Positions 11,171-23,757 of a stretch of DNA of 64,000 bases are shown piece by piece. The notes beneath the pieces are model-generated. The model was not told the origin of the DNA, ran no database searches, and saw nothing but the letters and a program-made list of their open reading frames with translations. This DNA comes from Ascoidea asiatica JCM 7603 (Eukaryota; Fungi; Ascomycota). The stretch covers positions 591,542 through 655,541 of the forward strand of contig BCKQ01000005.1 in NCBI GenBank assembly GCA_001600695.1, read 5' to 3'. The translations under genes were made by a program, and so were the position numbers. Numbering within the stretch: the stretch's first letter is position 1; each line of letters begins with the position of its first letter.

Positions 11171-12022
11171 TCAACGATAAAAATCCGGTTTATTTATATT
11201 TAATCCATACTCATTTAATGCACTACTTAAGTCATTCATTGTCAATACAATTTTTCCTTGATTATTTCCTGTAGAACCTGTTGCTGTTGGCTGTTGACCC
11301 ATTTGACCAGCAACTAAGGCACGAGCCCTAACTTGTGGATTACTTGAGTTATAAACTGCAGAACCTGATCTAATCCTAGAATATTCATAAGCATCACTTG
11401 CAATATCACTTATAAACTTTTGTGTAGCTAATGCTAATAATCTTTTTATTCTAACATCAGCACAATCAAATCCATTTTTGGTTAAATAATAATCAGTTAC
11501 CGCATCCGGTATAATTGGAGCATAATCATCCATCAATTCTAGGATTTCTTTCAAAGATTTATCTTGTCTTGAAAAGTCAGGAAGTGAAGGCATGGCAAAT
11601 CTTGGAATATCTGGTACTATAGGCTTTTTCTCAGCAGAATCTTTATCGGCTGTAATAGAACCTTTTTCAGTTTCTTTTTCATTTTTTGTTTCTTCTTTTT
11701 CCTTCTCTGTGTCACCAGACTTACTTAAGTCTTTATTATCTTTTTTATCGTCTTTTTTATCGTCTATTTTATTATCAATATCCTTATTTTCCATATCAAT
11801 ATCTTTATTTTCTTCGTCTTCTGCCTTTTCTATCTTTTTTTCAGTTTCTTTTCTATCATCCTTTTCAGTTACTTTTACTCCAGTTATTGTACCATCTTTT
11901 TTATCTAAATCAGCAATTTTGACACTATTAACAGGATTCTCTATTTTTGTTTCCTTATGGGGAAGATCATCTTCTGGTCTTTCCATAAGCTCATCGTCTA
12001 CATCCATTTCTATTTCATCCAT
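11171..12022 (-). CDS. TAF10: TFIID/SAGA subunit Taf10 (ATG at 12022)
   Basis: [57 protein letters not shown]. Confidence 0.95.
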   Translation of the reverse strand: MDEIEMDVDDELMERPEDDLPHKETKIENPVNSVKIADLDKKDGTITGVKVTEKDDRKETEKKIEKAEDEENKDIDMENKDIDNKIDDKKDDKKDNKDLSKSGDTEKEKEETKNEKETEKGSITADKDSAEKKPIVPDIPRFAMPSLPDFSRQDKSLKEILELMDDYAPIIPDAVTDYYLTKNGFDCADVRIKRLLALATQKFISDIASDAYEYSRIRSGSAVYNSSNPQVRARALVAGQMGQQPTATGSTGNNQGKIVLTMNDLSSALNEYGLNINKPDFYR

Positions 12023-12454
12023 TTTGTCTTTATAAAATAATAGCTCAATCTTTCTAATAACCAACAATATTTTTCTTTCTTTTTTATAAACTAAGTCAGT
12101 TATTGTCTTTTTTCTATTTTGAATAGATCAATTCTTGAATCAATTATTTATATTCTCATCTTATCTTTTCTAAATTTCTAATTTCAATCAGTATTTTCAA
12201 ACATGAACTCCGCGGATAGCAAGAAAGCGCTTACCGTAGCTAAATGAAAATGTTATTCTTACGTAATCATTCTTTTTGTTTGGGAAATAGGGTGCTTTAT
12301 CATTACCAGTATTCGTATCTAAATTACGAAACAGCGGTATTTATTTAATTTTAATGGAAATGAGATTAATCCATCTTTTTTTTCTGCTATTGTTCTTAAG
12401 AAATTCAAAATCATTTTAATTCAATCCAATTACAAAGAGCATGAATATAACAAA

Positions 12455-15400
12455 ATGGCTGATAGTTTGTATCCGGACAATTTAATTGATCCTCATTCTG
12501 ATATGAACAAGATCTTTTCTATCGAGCCAGTCAAATTAGCCTTTGAAGTATCCAATTTAGCATCTTTAAAAGTTTCAAATAATATTTTAGTTTTTGCTTT
12601 GAAAACTGGAAAAATATGTCGTATTAATTTAAACGATCCTGGAAATGTTGAAGAAATTCAATTGTTCAATTCCGACTCAAATTACTCCAGTAAATCCAAA
12701 AATAAAGCCAATACAAATAACAATGTGGGCGTAAAAATAAAAAATTTATTTTTTGATCCTTCAGGAAGTCACTTGATAATTTCAACTACTAAAAATGACA
12801 ACTACTATTTGAATTCAAGTACAACAGAACCAAAATTGCTTAATAAGTTTAAAGGTGTAGATATATCATTTATTGCATGGTGCCCAATAAAACTTACAAA
12901 TTTAATTGCTGCCAATTTATTAATAGGTACAAGAAATGGATTGATTTTAGAGTCAACGCTAGAGTATTCTAATGAATTGTTTAAAAAAGATGATAAATTT
13001 TTAAAGCCAGTTTGGAAAAATCCAAAATCAAATATTCCACTAAATGGAAACAATAAAAATCTTAGATTGAAACCAATTGATGGTATTTCTATTAAATATC
13101 AAAAAGCATTCAACAAATTTGTGGTTATAATAACAACTGGAGATGATATATTTTATTATAATTATAAATCACCTGTGGCTTACTTAAACTCCATGAATTT
13201 AAACCAACCTCTTTTTCAAAATTTTTTCAAAAATGAACCCTCAGATTATGAAAGATTTGAAGATTTAGGATTAATAAATGGTAATAAATTTACTTTCAAT
13301 AATGATTCATATGCATGGGTTACTAGTGCAGGAATTGTTTATGGCCCGATGGATCAACAGTCATCAATTGGAATTAACGATGATCCGTTTATCAAAGGTC
13401 AGATATCAAATAATAAGTTTTTCAATAATTCCAAAATTTTATTAAATTTGGAACTACCCAAAAGTACTCATAAATTTAAATCTCTCTTACTTTCTAAATA
13501 TCACCTTATTTTATTAAGAGATAAAGAAATTTTAATAATAAATCAAGTGAACGATCAATTAGTTTTTTCAAAAACATTACCGCTTAATAATGATAATGAA
13601 AGGTTTATAAGTTTATCTGCTGATTATTATAATTCGGACCCAAAATCTATAACATATTGGGTTTATTCAAACCTTAATATATATGAAATAGTTATTTCTA
13701 ATGAGTCAAGAGATATATGGAAAAATTATTTGGAAATAAATGAGTTTGACAAAGCTTTAAAATTAGTGAAAGAAACTACAAATGACCCAATAGATAAAGA
13801 TATAATTCTTTTGAAGAAAGGCCATTATTTATTAAAGAGAAAAAATTATAGTGAGGCTGCAAGTATTTTAGCTTATTCAACTGAGCCCTTTGAAACAATT
13901 ACATTGAAATTGATCGATAACAATCAATTTGAATCTTTAAGAAAATATCTTATGATAAAGCTTTCAATTATTGCTAAAAAAGATAATTATATGCAAAAAG
14001 TAATGCTAAGCAGTTGGATTTTGGAATTATTTCTTGAAAGATTAAATTATGTAGATGATTTAATTGCTCTAAGAAATAACGAGCCTTCTTCCCCAATAGA
14101 TAACAAATTGGAAGGAAATAACTTAGAAACTGTTGGTATACATCTAAATAAGGGATCCCAGCTTTTAAATGGAAACAATTCATCATTGTCCTCTAAAAGA
14201 AATAAAGATTTTTTCAAAAATTTCGGCTCTCTATCTCATTTAACTTTGAATGAGTTAATCAAAATCAAAACTGACTTAGAAAGGTCATATCAAAACTTTC
14301 TTATTGACAGTAAGAATAACTTACATTATGAGACCATTTATCAAACAATTACAAGCCATAATCGTAGAAACGAACTTCTTTTTTTTGCTAACATTATCAA
14401 TGATTATGACTTTATTTTAAATTATTGGATTAATTTGGAGCAATGGTCAGAAGCTCTCAAAATACTTTACAAGAAAAATGATCCGAAGGTAATTTATAAA
14501 TATTCTACTGCTCTACTTGCAAACTATTCTAAGGAAACTGTTGATATATGGATTCAGTTTAATAAAATCCTTAATCCTGTTAAATTTATTCCAGCAATAT
14601 TAAGCTATAATGTAAACTGTAATCAAAAGATAAAACCTGAAAATCACCAAGGTCTAAGGTATCTAAACTTTGTTACTGATACTTTAAAAAATAGGGAATC
14701 TGTTATTCATAATACTCTTCTTAGTATTTTGATTACTTATCCAACTCAATCTTATTTACAATCCAATAGCAAAAAAGAAAAAGTTGATAATACAACAGAT
14801 AATGTTTTGAGAAAAGAGTCTATAGCCTCTATTAGTCTCACAAATAATGACTTAAATGATGATAATGAAGTGTTCATTTTAAAGTATTTGCAACAATTTA
14901 ATGATGAAATATGTTATGATTCCGATTTTATTTTACGGTTATGCTTACAACACAAAAAAATCCAAAGTGCCATTCATATATATTCTGTTTTGGAAAATTT
15001 ACAAGAAGCTGTAAGTTTGGCCTTAAAGTATAATTTAGTAAAGCTAGCTTGTGTGATAGCTGATAGACCTATGGATGATCCTCATTTAAGGAAGCAATTG
15101 TGGCTCAAGATTTCCAAAAAGATGATTGAAAGAGTTAGTTATGAGACAATAATAGATAAATCGGGTAGAGAAATTATTTTGAAAGAAAGTAATACAGAAG
15201 AAGTCGCAATCAAAAACAGTAAGGACATCCAAGAAATGTTAAAATTTTTATTATCTAATTGTGAACTTTTGACAATAAAAGATTTACTTCCCTTATTTCC
15301 TAAATTTTTAGTTATTGATACCTTCAAAACAGAAATCATTAAAAATCTAGAAAATTATGGTCTTAGGATGAACCAATTGAATCAATCTATCAACAATACT

Positions 15401-15814
15401 TTGGCTGTCTCTAAAAAAATTAAATCTGAAATCACATCTTATCAAAAAAGATTTTCAATTGTTGAACCTGGCGAACAATGTGCAATTTGTAAATATCCGT
15501 TAATTATAAAAAAATTTTTTGTGTTTCCTTGTCAGCATTGCTTTCATGCTGATTGCTTGATCAAGTATATTCTAAGTTCCAATGATTACAAGCTTAAAAA
15601 ACAAATTCAAATGTTGCAAAGACAATATCAAGTAAATAAAGCTTCTATTGGTGATAATGGTGAGATGCTTAATAAGAAATTTTTAAGAAGTATAGAACTT
15701 GAAAAAATAATAGCAACTAAGTGTGTTTTGTGTAGTGATATCAATATTGATACAATTGACGACCCCTTTATTACTGCAAATGAAAAGCTTGCTCTTAAAG
15801 AATGGGAAATCTAA
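12455..15814 (+). CDS. PEP3: HOPS/CORVET subunit Vps18/Pep3
   Basis: LFFDPSGSHLIIST beta-propeller, LRKQLWLKI, LTIKDLLPLFPKF, C-terminal RING CAIC..FPCQHCFHADC..CVLC. Confidence 0.95.
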   Translation: MADSLYPDNLIDPHSDMNKIFSIEPVKLAFEVSNLASLKVSNNILVFALKTGKICRINLNDPGNVEEIQLFNSDSNYSSKSKNKANTNNNVGVKIKNLFFDPSGSHLIISTTKNDNYYLNSSTTEPKLLNKFKGVDISFIAWCPIKLTNLIAANLLIGTRNGLILESTLEYSNELFKKDDKFLKPVWKNPKSNIPLNGNNKNLRLKPIDGISIKYQKAFNKFVVIITTGDDIFYYNYKSPVAYLNSMNLNQPLFQNFFKNEPSDYERFEDLGLINGNKFTFNNDSYAWVTSAGIVYGPMDQQSSIGINDDPFIKGQISNNKFFNNSKILLNLELPKSTHKFKSLLLSKYHLILLRDKEILIINQVNDQLVFSKTLPLNNDNERFISLSADYYNSDPKSITYWVYSNLNIYEIVISNESRDIWKNYLEINEFDKALKLVKETTNDPIDKDIILLKKGHYLLKRKNYSEAASILAYSTEPFETITLKLIDNNQFESLRKYLMIKLSIIAKKDNYMQKVMLSSWILELFLERLNYVDDLIALRNNEPSSPIDNKLEGNNLETVGIHLNKGSQLLNGNNSSLSSKRNKDFFKNFGSLSHLTLNELIKIKTDLERSYQNFLIDSKNNLHYETIYQTITSHNRRNELLFFANIINDYDFILNYWINLEQWSEALKILYKKNDPKVIYKYSTALLANYSKETVDIWIQFNKILNPVKFIPAILSYNVNCNQKIKPENHQGLRYLNFVTDTLKNRESVIHNTLLSILITYPTQSYLQSNSKKEKVDNTTDNVLRKESIASISLTNNDLNDDNEVFILKYLQQFNDEICYDSDFILRLCLQHKKIQSAIHIYSVLENLQEAVSLALKYNLVKLACVIADRPMDDPHLRKQLWLKISKKMIERVSYETIIDKSGREIILKESNTEEVAIKNSKDIQEMLKFLLSNCELLTIKDLLPLFPKFLVIDTFKTEIIKNLENYGLRMNQLNQSINNTLAVSKKIKSEITSYQKRFSIVEPGEQCAICKYPLIIKKFFVFPCQHCFHADCLIKYILSSNDYKLKKQIQMLQRQYQVNKASIGDNGEMLNKKFLRSIELEKIIATKCVLCSDINIDTIDDPFITANEKLALKEWEI

Positions 15815-16291
15815 TTTAGTTTAATTTAATTCAATTCAATATTTTTTTTTTGTGCTTTCTGATTTCTAGTTTTTTTTTCTTTTCTACAAAAAGTTTAATA
15901 TAATTTATTTTCACTTTCATTTTTATATTTAGAAACACATTATTTTTATATTGTTTCATAGACAAAATTTAAACTAAGAATGTATTTTGATTTATCTTTC
16001 TTTAAACGATAATCTGGGTTATAGATATATATAATTATATACTGTAAGAATATTCCAATAAATTGGAAAAAACGGTATTTGAAAGTTCTTACTATCTTAA
16101 ATAATTGTAATTAATCTCAATTTTACAAAAATCAAAACTTTCCTCCTCTTTTTTTAAGTCTACTATTATTTTATTAACACTTTATAAATTACAAGAATAG
16201 TCGAATTCTTTTCACAGCTTTATTGTAAGCAACATAGTGGCTCGTTATTTTACGATAAACACTTTTTTATATACAGTTATTATGAATTGTC

Positions 16292-16840
16292 TCATAAGTT
16301 TTTCTTCAAGTCATTATTATCTTTCAAAAGCTTCTCCCAATTCTTACTTAAAGGGCAAAATTCTGAAATAATTTCAATACTTTTTTCTCGCACAATTCCC
16401 TCAATGAATGTTTCATTGGATAACCAATTTTGAATCATTGATATTTTCTCATATTTTTGGGTTTTTGCAGTAATATCATCTCGCTCAGCATAAGGATCGA
16501 GCCTCAAGTTATAATCCTTCGGTTCAGAATGGGTCTTGAGCTCATGAGTACCATTATCTATCTCTTCTTTCATTTTTTCAACTTCCTGACCACAAAATAT
16601 AATGGCATCCGATCTGGATTTCCAACTAGGTAGAAGAACCTTAGTTATATAATCACTGCATATTAGTTCCTCTGATTTTTCTGATTCTCTTGAAGATTGA
16701 GTTTTATCCAGAAGATTTAATCTTAAGGTATCATCACTAGCAAATCTAGATAAGTTTAAAAATGTCCTAACTCCATTGGTTTTAAATGATAAACAGGTTT
16801 CTCTGCTTAACTCAATTCTGTCTAAATCAACCTTCTTCAT
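16292..16840 (-). CDS. MIX23: Mitochondrial intermembrane-space protein Mix23 (Cid2 family)
   Basis: TCLS..FLNLSRFASDD, LLPSWKSRSDAIIFC, RLDPYA, NETFIEGIV; adjacent to SRO7/77 as in S. cerevisiae. Confidence 0.8.
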   Translation of the reverse strand: MKKVDLDRIELSRETCLSFKTNGVRTFLNLSRFASDDTLRLNLLDKTQSSRESEKSEELICSDYITKVLLPSWKSRSDAIIFCGQEVEKMKEEIDNGTHELKTHSEPKDYNLRLDPYAERDDITAKTQKYEKISMIQNWLSNETFIEGIVREKSIEIISEFCPLSKNWEKLLKDNNDLKKNL

Positions 16841-16997
16841 TATTAAAGTATTCCTCTATTTTGCAAAGCAAAGTGTTGTTAGATATTTAATGAATTGGAT
16901 TAAATATTTAATTGTCTCTCATTGTTCATTTTCATTTCCATTTTCCTAATAATCAATTTCATTTTCCTGTATTTTGAAATATTTTTGTTCAGGTATA

Positions 16998-17016
16998 TTA
17001 CCCTCGGTTACCCTCG
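16998..17016. promoter_or_regulatory. Direct repeat TTACCCTCG x2 (Reb1-like core) in the MIX23/SRO7 divergent promoter
   Basis: TTACCCTCGGTTACCCTCG. Confidence 0.35.
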
Positions 17017-17273
17017 TATTATCACTTATGGGTTTATTTCCGGGGTGAGAAAGACAGGATACCGCTAGCAAGTCTTGGATCAAAGCCATTTTGATTAATT
17101 CAATGATGAACTCCATAGGATAAATATCTTTATCCTTATTTTTATAAAAAAAAAATATCATACATTTTACGTTGATTGTTAATTATAAATATTGCTTCAG
17201 TTGTCCTCAATAATTGTCAATCTATATTTATTCTTGTTTTTTATTCCTAGTATTATTGTATTAATTAATTGTT

Positions 17274-20200
17274 ATGTTTAAAGGAAAAATCAGAACTGTT
17301 TCTAACATTATTCGCTCTGATGCTGATCTTTCTCATGGAATTGACGCAACTAAATTTAATCTTGTTGAAGTAAGTCTACATTTTTTAGTGATAATTTTTT
17401 TTAATTTCTCTTAGGCTTCCTATGCTTTCAATGAATTGGTTACTAACAAAGCAACTGAAGATTTCAAAATATGGTATTTCAAATATTTCAACAATTGCCT
17501 TTGATCCTGTGCAGAGTCTAATCGCTTGCTTTTCAAGCAACTCTAGTGGTTCTATAATTCACATATTTGGACAGGCAAATGTTCATGTTTCATTTTCAAT
17601 TCCTTCATCAAGCCCAATTTCTGATTTGAGATTTTTGAAGGGAATTTTTTTGGTTGCAAGTAATGGTACAAACATTTACATCTGTTCTCTTGCAAAATTA
17701 AATGGGAAAAATTTGTTGCTTTCCTATTCTGCACCTGGAAAAATTTCTGCTATAACTTCGGATCCTTCTCTAAACTATATATTTATTGGGACTTCTAGTG
17801 GTTTAACCTATGTTTTTGATGTATTGTCTGGTAATCTTACTAACTTCCAATTCACAAACTTTCAAAGAATATATTTTGGATCTCAGAAAGGACGTTTATC
17901 AAATTCACTTCTAAGTAGTCCTGTACTTTCTTTACAAGTTCACCCAAGAGATTTTGGAACAATGTTAATTGGGTATTCTCATTCTGCAATTGTATATTCT
18001 ATAACAAATGATAATATTCAATTGCCTCTAAATTTAGCTTCTTATCCTAAATTACTAAAAGCTATGTATAACCCTAATGGTCTAAGCATTTTAACTATAC
18101 ACACAGGTGGTTTATTTGTGTTTTGGGATGCTAATACTGGAACTTTATTACAAAGTAGAACTATTTTTGATGTGAATATAAATGTTTCACGCTTTAATGC
18201 TAATGAAAATATTTACAATAATATTGTTCAGGTCGAATGGATTTGTGAAAATAACACGGAAAATACTGCTTTATTAATAGTTGCTGGCTCTCAAGGTATA
18301 AATAGAAATGATTTAATTCATGTTCAGTTTAACACAATGCCAAAATATTCTGTGACATCTTATCAAAAAATGGGAGATTTTTTTGCTAATCCTAAAAAAG
18401 TGAAAGTTTTTCCAGTAGGTGATGTTTCTGTCAAAAAAGTTTTGTCTTTACCTAGAGCTTCTCCTTTCTTTGAAGGTAATCATGATCCTGAATATATTCT
18501 TATTCTCAATAACAATAATGACATTATTCTTTTGAAGTATCCTGAAGGAATAATAGACTCTCGTGCATCTTTGTTACCACCATCAATTTCATGGGTTTCT
18601 CCAAGAATAACCTGTTTAAGCACCTGTGAAGTTGATAAAATTCAATGGATGGGTATTTTGTCTAATGCCAAAAAATTAAATGCCAATCCAATATTAAAAG
18701 GAGGTAATGCTGTCAATAACTCAGCAAGAATTTTTAGTAAGAGATTAGCATTATTAACTGGCCATCAAAATGGTATTGTACGATTATGGGATGCATCTTT
18801 AAGTGAGCTAAATGAAACTGATGTCTTAGAGATTGATACTAGTTTTATTTCAGATGATCCGTTAAAAATTGATATTAATGAGATATCATATGCTTCAGAA
18901 ATAACAGAAATTGCTTGTTCTAATCAACGAGGAGATTGTTTTATTTATAAATTTGGAGGAAATTTGAAATACAATCCTAATTTATCGGAAAATGATATCT
19001 ATTCAATGAGAAGAAACTTCAGTAAATATATTAGCAAAGCAGATCCAGGACATTTGATTGATATTTCAAAATTGGCACCTCCCAATGTTTCAGAAGGATT
19101 TCTCCCGTTAATGTTGCTCAAAACTAGCAACCCGGATAATAAAATTATTTCTTTGAGAAATTCAAACATTGGGTTTACTGCAATTGGATACTTAAACGGT
19201 GACATACTTCTTATCGATTCAAGAAATAAACCTAGTATAATATATTCTGAAAATATTAATAATGGGATACTTGAGTCTAAGCATCGAAATTCACATACTT
19301 CTAGATTGTCGTTTATAACCAACTTTGAGTTTTCCATATCCAAACTAGAACAAAATTCTAGATATTCTTCCATAACTCTTTATGCTGGAACAAATAGTGG
19401 TAAATTAATAGTCTTTGAAATTTTGCCATTTGATAATAAATTTAATGTAAATTGTGTTACTTCACTTGAAACTAACAAAGCATCAATAATGAATTTAATT
19501 CCTCTCGATTTTTCGGGTAGGTCCACAACTCCAAGTAATAATGTTTTTCAGAAGTTGCCAAGTGGTATTTTGATCGATAATATGTTGATAATTGTTTCCA
19601 AGTGTGATATCCAAATTTTAAAGGGAATATCAAATAAATCAAGTCGTAAGAGCTTTGATTCCGACGAGATTATTTCTAGTGATATAATAAATATTTCTCA
19701 ACAACAAAATCCTAATTCTCTTATATTAGCATGCTTATTATCCTCAAATAAAATTAAACTTTTATCAATCCCAGCTTTGTATGAGATAAAGACTTTGAAT
19801 CTTCCTAATTATAATAATAATCAGAAATCAAATTTGAATAGTATTCTTCCTGTTGGTGATATAATATTTGGAATAAATGAAACAGAAAGCTGTTTATATA
19901 ATATTTTAGGAAAAGGACTTTTAAATCCGCCTGAAGATAGTTTGTATAATGCTAATTTAAAAGTACCACCTCGTCCAGTTATTAATGCTCTTCAATGGGT
20001 TAGAGGAACAAAGCTAATAAGTAAGGATGATTTTGACTTGATCTTGACCAATAATACCAAGGTAAAATCTAAATATCCAAAAATATCATCATTGGCAGAA
20101 GGTTCAATGACACAAACTCCAATTGACAGTATATTGGCTGATAATCCTTCGAATTCTGATAAGCAAACATACATACGTCCAGTTAAAAAAAGTGGAACCG

Positions 20201-20373
20201 GATCTTTTATCAATACGAATGGTTTTGTAAGATCTGTTCAAAATGGATTTGACAATATTGGTGATTCAATTAATGATTTTGGTGAATCTGTTAGTAATAG
20301 TTTAAGTGAGGGTATTGAAGAAACTAAATCCTCGGCAATGAAATCAATTTTCAAATCCAAATTTGGATTGTAG
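17274..20373 (+). CDS. SRO7: Lgl/tomosyn family polarity and exocytosis protein Sro7/Sro77; exon 1 17274-17369, exon 2 from 17452 or 17461
   Basis: IAFDPVQSLIA, HPRDFGTMLIGY, FVFWD, LTGHQNGIVRLWDAS, SNIGFTAIGY; exon 1 MFKGKIRTVSNIIRSDADLSHGIDATKFNLVE. Confidence 0.88.
17370..17460 (+). other. Intron of SRO7 with AAG acceptor (ending 17451 or 17460)
   Basis: GTAAGT donor, TACTAAC 17441-17447; both downstream AAGs are in frame. Confidence 0.75.
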
Positions 20374-23300
20374 ATAAGCTTTAAACAATAATGTTTAGCT
20401 TTTGCCTATATGAAAAAGCCTTGATGAAACAAGCATATAAATCTTTGGTTGGAGTTGGTTAAAAGATCTAATCAAAATATTAAAAGAAGTAATACAAACA
20501 AAAATAAAATACAAGTAAAAAATATAAAATTTGATCAGCAATTTTTGAATTATACGGATAAAAATAAATTTTTACTAACAAACTTTGCTATAAGCCTATT
20601 TGAATATAGTGAGTAGTTTCTTTTACTTTTTTTTTCCGAGTCTATTATTTTTATTTTATGATTATTTTCAAAGTAACGAAGAATGAATATCTTTATATAA
20701 GAGAATTTGATAATATTCTTTTGAAAATCAGAAGACTTAAAAAAGCAGGTTAAAAAACTAAAATTTGGAACAGTTGTAAAAAAAAAATGACAGGTGAGGA
20801 ATTTGTAGAAAAATAATTGATGATATAAAGTATAGCTTCATATCACAACAGTAAAAAATCATGTTAATTAGCTTCTAACTTCCCGAGCCTGATAAACAAA
20901 ATACAAGCATACTAAAATGTTGAAAACCTTCAATGTAAAGTTGTATCTTATGATTGTTTTTGTTTATTAGGCAACAAACTAAATTCTAATTCACTTCATA
21001 TAAAAAATTAAAAAAATTACAAAAAAATAAGAATTCCATGGGCTCTTAGTTAGAAAAGAGAAACGGATACAAGTTAAGCTTATTGGGCTTTTAGAAGTAC
21101 TGGAGAAGTGACTGATAGTATTTTGTTTTGATCATAAGTTATTACCTTTAGTAAGAGAGAGCACTTAGGTAAATTTTGTACCGTATTAAAGTATTATTAC
21201 TTATACTACGACGGTACAATAACTCAATTTAAAATAAATTTGAGTTAAGAATAATGGCTAAATTGGAAAATAAAGAAAAAGGAAAGTCAACACAATTTCT
21301 TACCTTTAAGATCATAAAGTTAAATTTTGAATATAATAATTGAGTAGCCTGCTTAGGTCTTAGAATTTGAATTCTATGAGGAATATTTAAGCATATAAAT
21401 GTTATTTGAAAATTATGAATATCAAAGCACTGTAGTTAAAGATAAAAAAAACTGTTCAACAATACTGTAGTATTGTATGTGAGTAGTAATATTCTAGACA
21501 AATTGAGGTTCTGAAAATTCTTTACAGGTAGATGAATTTGACTTGAAGAATTATGAGATTCTAAAACTCTCAAAACCAATAAATTTTTGGTGGTGTTTAA
21601 AAGTGAACCATTATTTCACCTGAAGTATTAAGCTATCTAAAGCTCTATGGTTTGTGTTATTGAAAATATATTACCTCGCCTAAGAGAAGAATATATTAAC
21701 TTACATTACTACACTACCGTACGTTAGCGGAATTATTTCTTAATGATTGAACTTTATGATAATGGTAAAAGTGTTTTTATGTACTCTGAGGTAAGACCAA
21801 AAGTATAAATAAAAACAAACACATGTATGCGTCTTCCCGCTTTTTTTTCAATCGGTATTTCCCAACAGCAGTTCAAAGAGAGCAGACAAGAAGTGAAATC
21901 TATGAAACATCGAAAATTGGTACTGAAATGAAACATTTCCGCTTATCGTCTAATTGAATTTTAAAATTTTGAAATGGATCAACTAACTTAAAGATTACAA
22001 CTATCAATATTTTCCTCTCCTTACTGAGGTTGAAGAACAAAAAAACAAGTAAAATCCTCATTAACCAAAACAGCTTCCTTCCGTTGTTTTATACTATTTT
22101 TTTGAAATAGAGTCCTAAAAACATATCTGTTGGGTAAAGCATACCGCAATTTTAGTTTAAAATTACATCATGTGCAGGTACTTAAACAGTGTTAAAAACT
22201 GTGGGGTGTATGTGCCATGCTGTCTAAGCAAGGTGGTCATTAATAAATGTACTTCTCTATGCGTTCTATATAGATAGTCAAAAATCGGTTCTATGAAATG
22301 TTTTTATTATAACAGTAATTGAAAAAATTTAAACGCTCTCAATTTCGATTTCAATTGCAGTTTTAAATTGTTTTTAATTTCCAGTAATAAGAACCGTGGG
22401 AAGTTTCAGCAAATAACCAAACTGAGTTTTTTCAGGTTATGAGAATCTTTGAATCTGGTTTTGTATGATTTTTCAAGGAGTAATGTTTTTGAAATTGGAA
22501 CGAGTCAATCTTTGTTAAATAAATTAATCTCCCCGATAAGTATGAATAAAAATATCTGTACTGTATATTACGATATTGTATTTTAAAAAATACTGCTGAG
22601 TATGATAATAGATAAAATAAGGTAAAATAACACTAAAAATATCTTGAAGATAAATTGATGCTATTTTTTATTTCAATAGTTTTCAATAATGATTTAATTT
22701 AAAAGCTAAACAGTAGTGAGGAATATAAAAATATTTTACTCATTGAAAATTCAAAAAAACAAAAAAGAGTATAAAGTCTCTTACCAACTGGCAGGAGAAA
22801 TTTTGATTTTTTGAATGTTATGGATGTTTAAGGTAACTCTAACTTAAGTTGGTGAAGTAATTAAAGTAGTTAGCTATTAATGGCCAAATTCAATTACATA
22901 AGTTTCTAAGATGGGAAATATAAGATAAATAAAGTAATTTTGTAGCATTTGTAAGATATTGCTAATTTGATTTTACTATAGCCGACGAGAATACTTCACC
23001 GTAACTTTATATTTAGTGAATGAATTTGAATATCAATTTTGAGCTCAATGAGAGATAGATAAAAGCAAATCTTATATTTGCACTCTAGTGGTAAATGAAT
23101 CTTTAGTTAACGTTGAAAATTTAAATGATTTCAAGTAATTTATGTAAAAGTGTGATTGAAACTAAGAATAGATTCACCAACGTTGTTGAAATCAAATTTT
23201 TCTGAACAGTTTCCTAATTTAATTTATCCGCTGTGTCTATAAATAATTTTGAAACAAGTTGTGATCTTTAATCTCTTTATCAGTCTATTAGAATCTTTAT

Positions 23301-23725
23301 CTTTCTTTATCTTTACTGTAATTGTAGTATAATAATTAACTTTGTTTATCTATCCATATACAGTACAAAATTATCTTTGCGTACATATATATTTTAAGTC
23401 CAATAATCTCAATCAAAAGTTCATTGAACTTTTGGGAGGGTGCATATAGTAAATTTTATTAAAGAACGATGACGATTAAACAGTTATCTATGCATGTTCG
23501 TTTATTAGTTTAACGAACAATAAGAACTCAGAATTATTAGTGTAACAAAAAACAAAATTGCATAAATAAGTGGGACACTGTATTAAAATTGGCATGACTG
23601 TATTTTACCCAAGTATGCTTGCCTAAAACAATCACATGGAAGCATCATTGCACGCTTTTTCTATTACTTGATAACGTGAAGTGAGAGCAAAACAAAGCGA
23701 TGGCTATTCAAAATCAACAGTACAT

Positions 23726-23757
23726 GTGACTTAAAACACAGAAATGTTTTAAGTCAC
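23726..23757. repeat. Perfect 13-bp inverted repeat with 6-nt spacer
   Basis: GTGACTTAAAACA-cagaaa-TGTTTTAAGTCAC. Confidence 0.85.
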
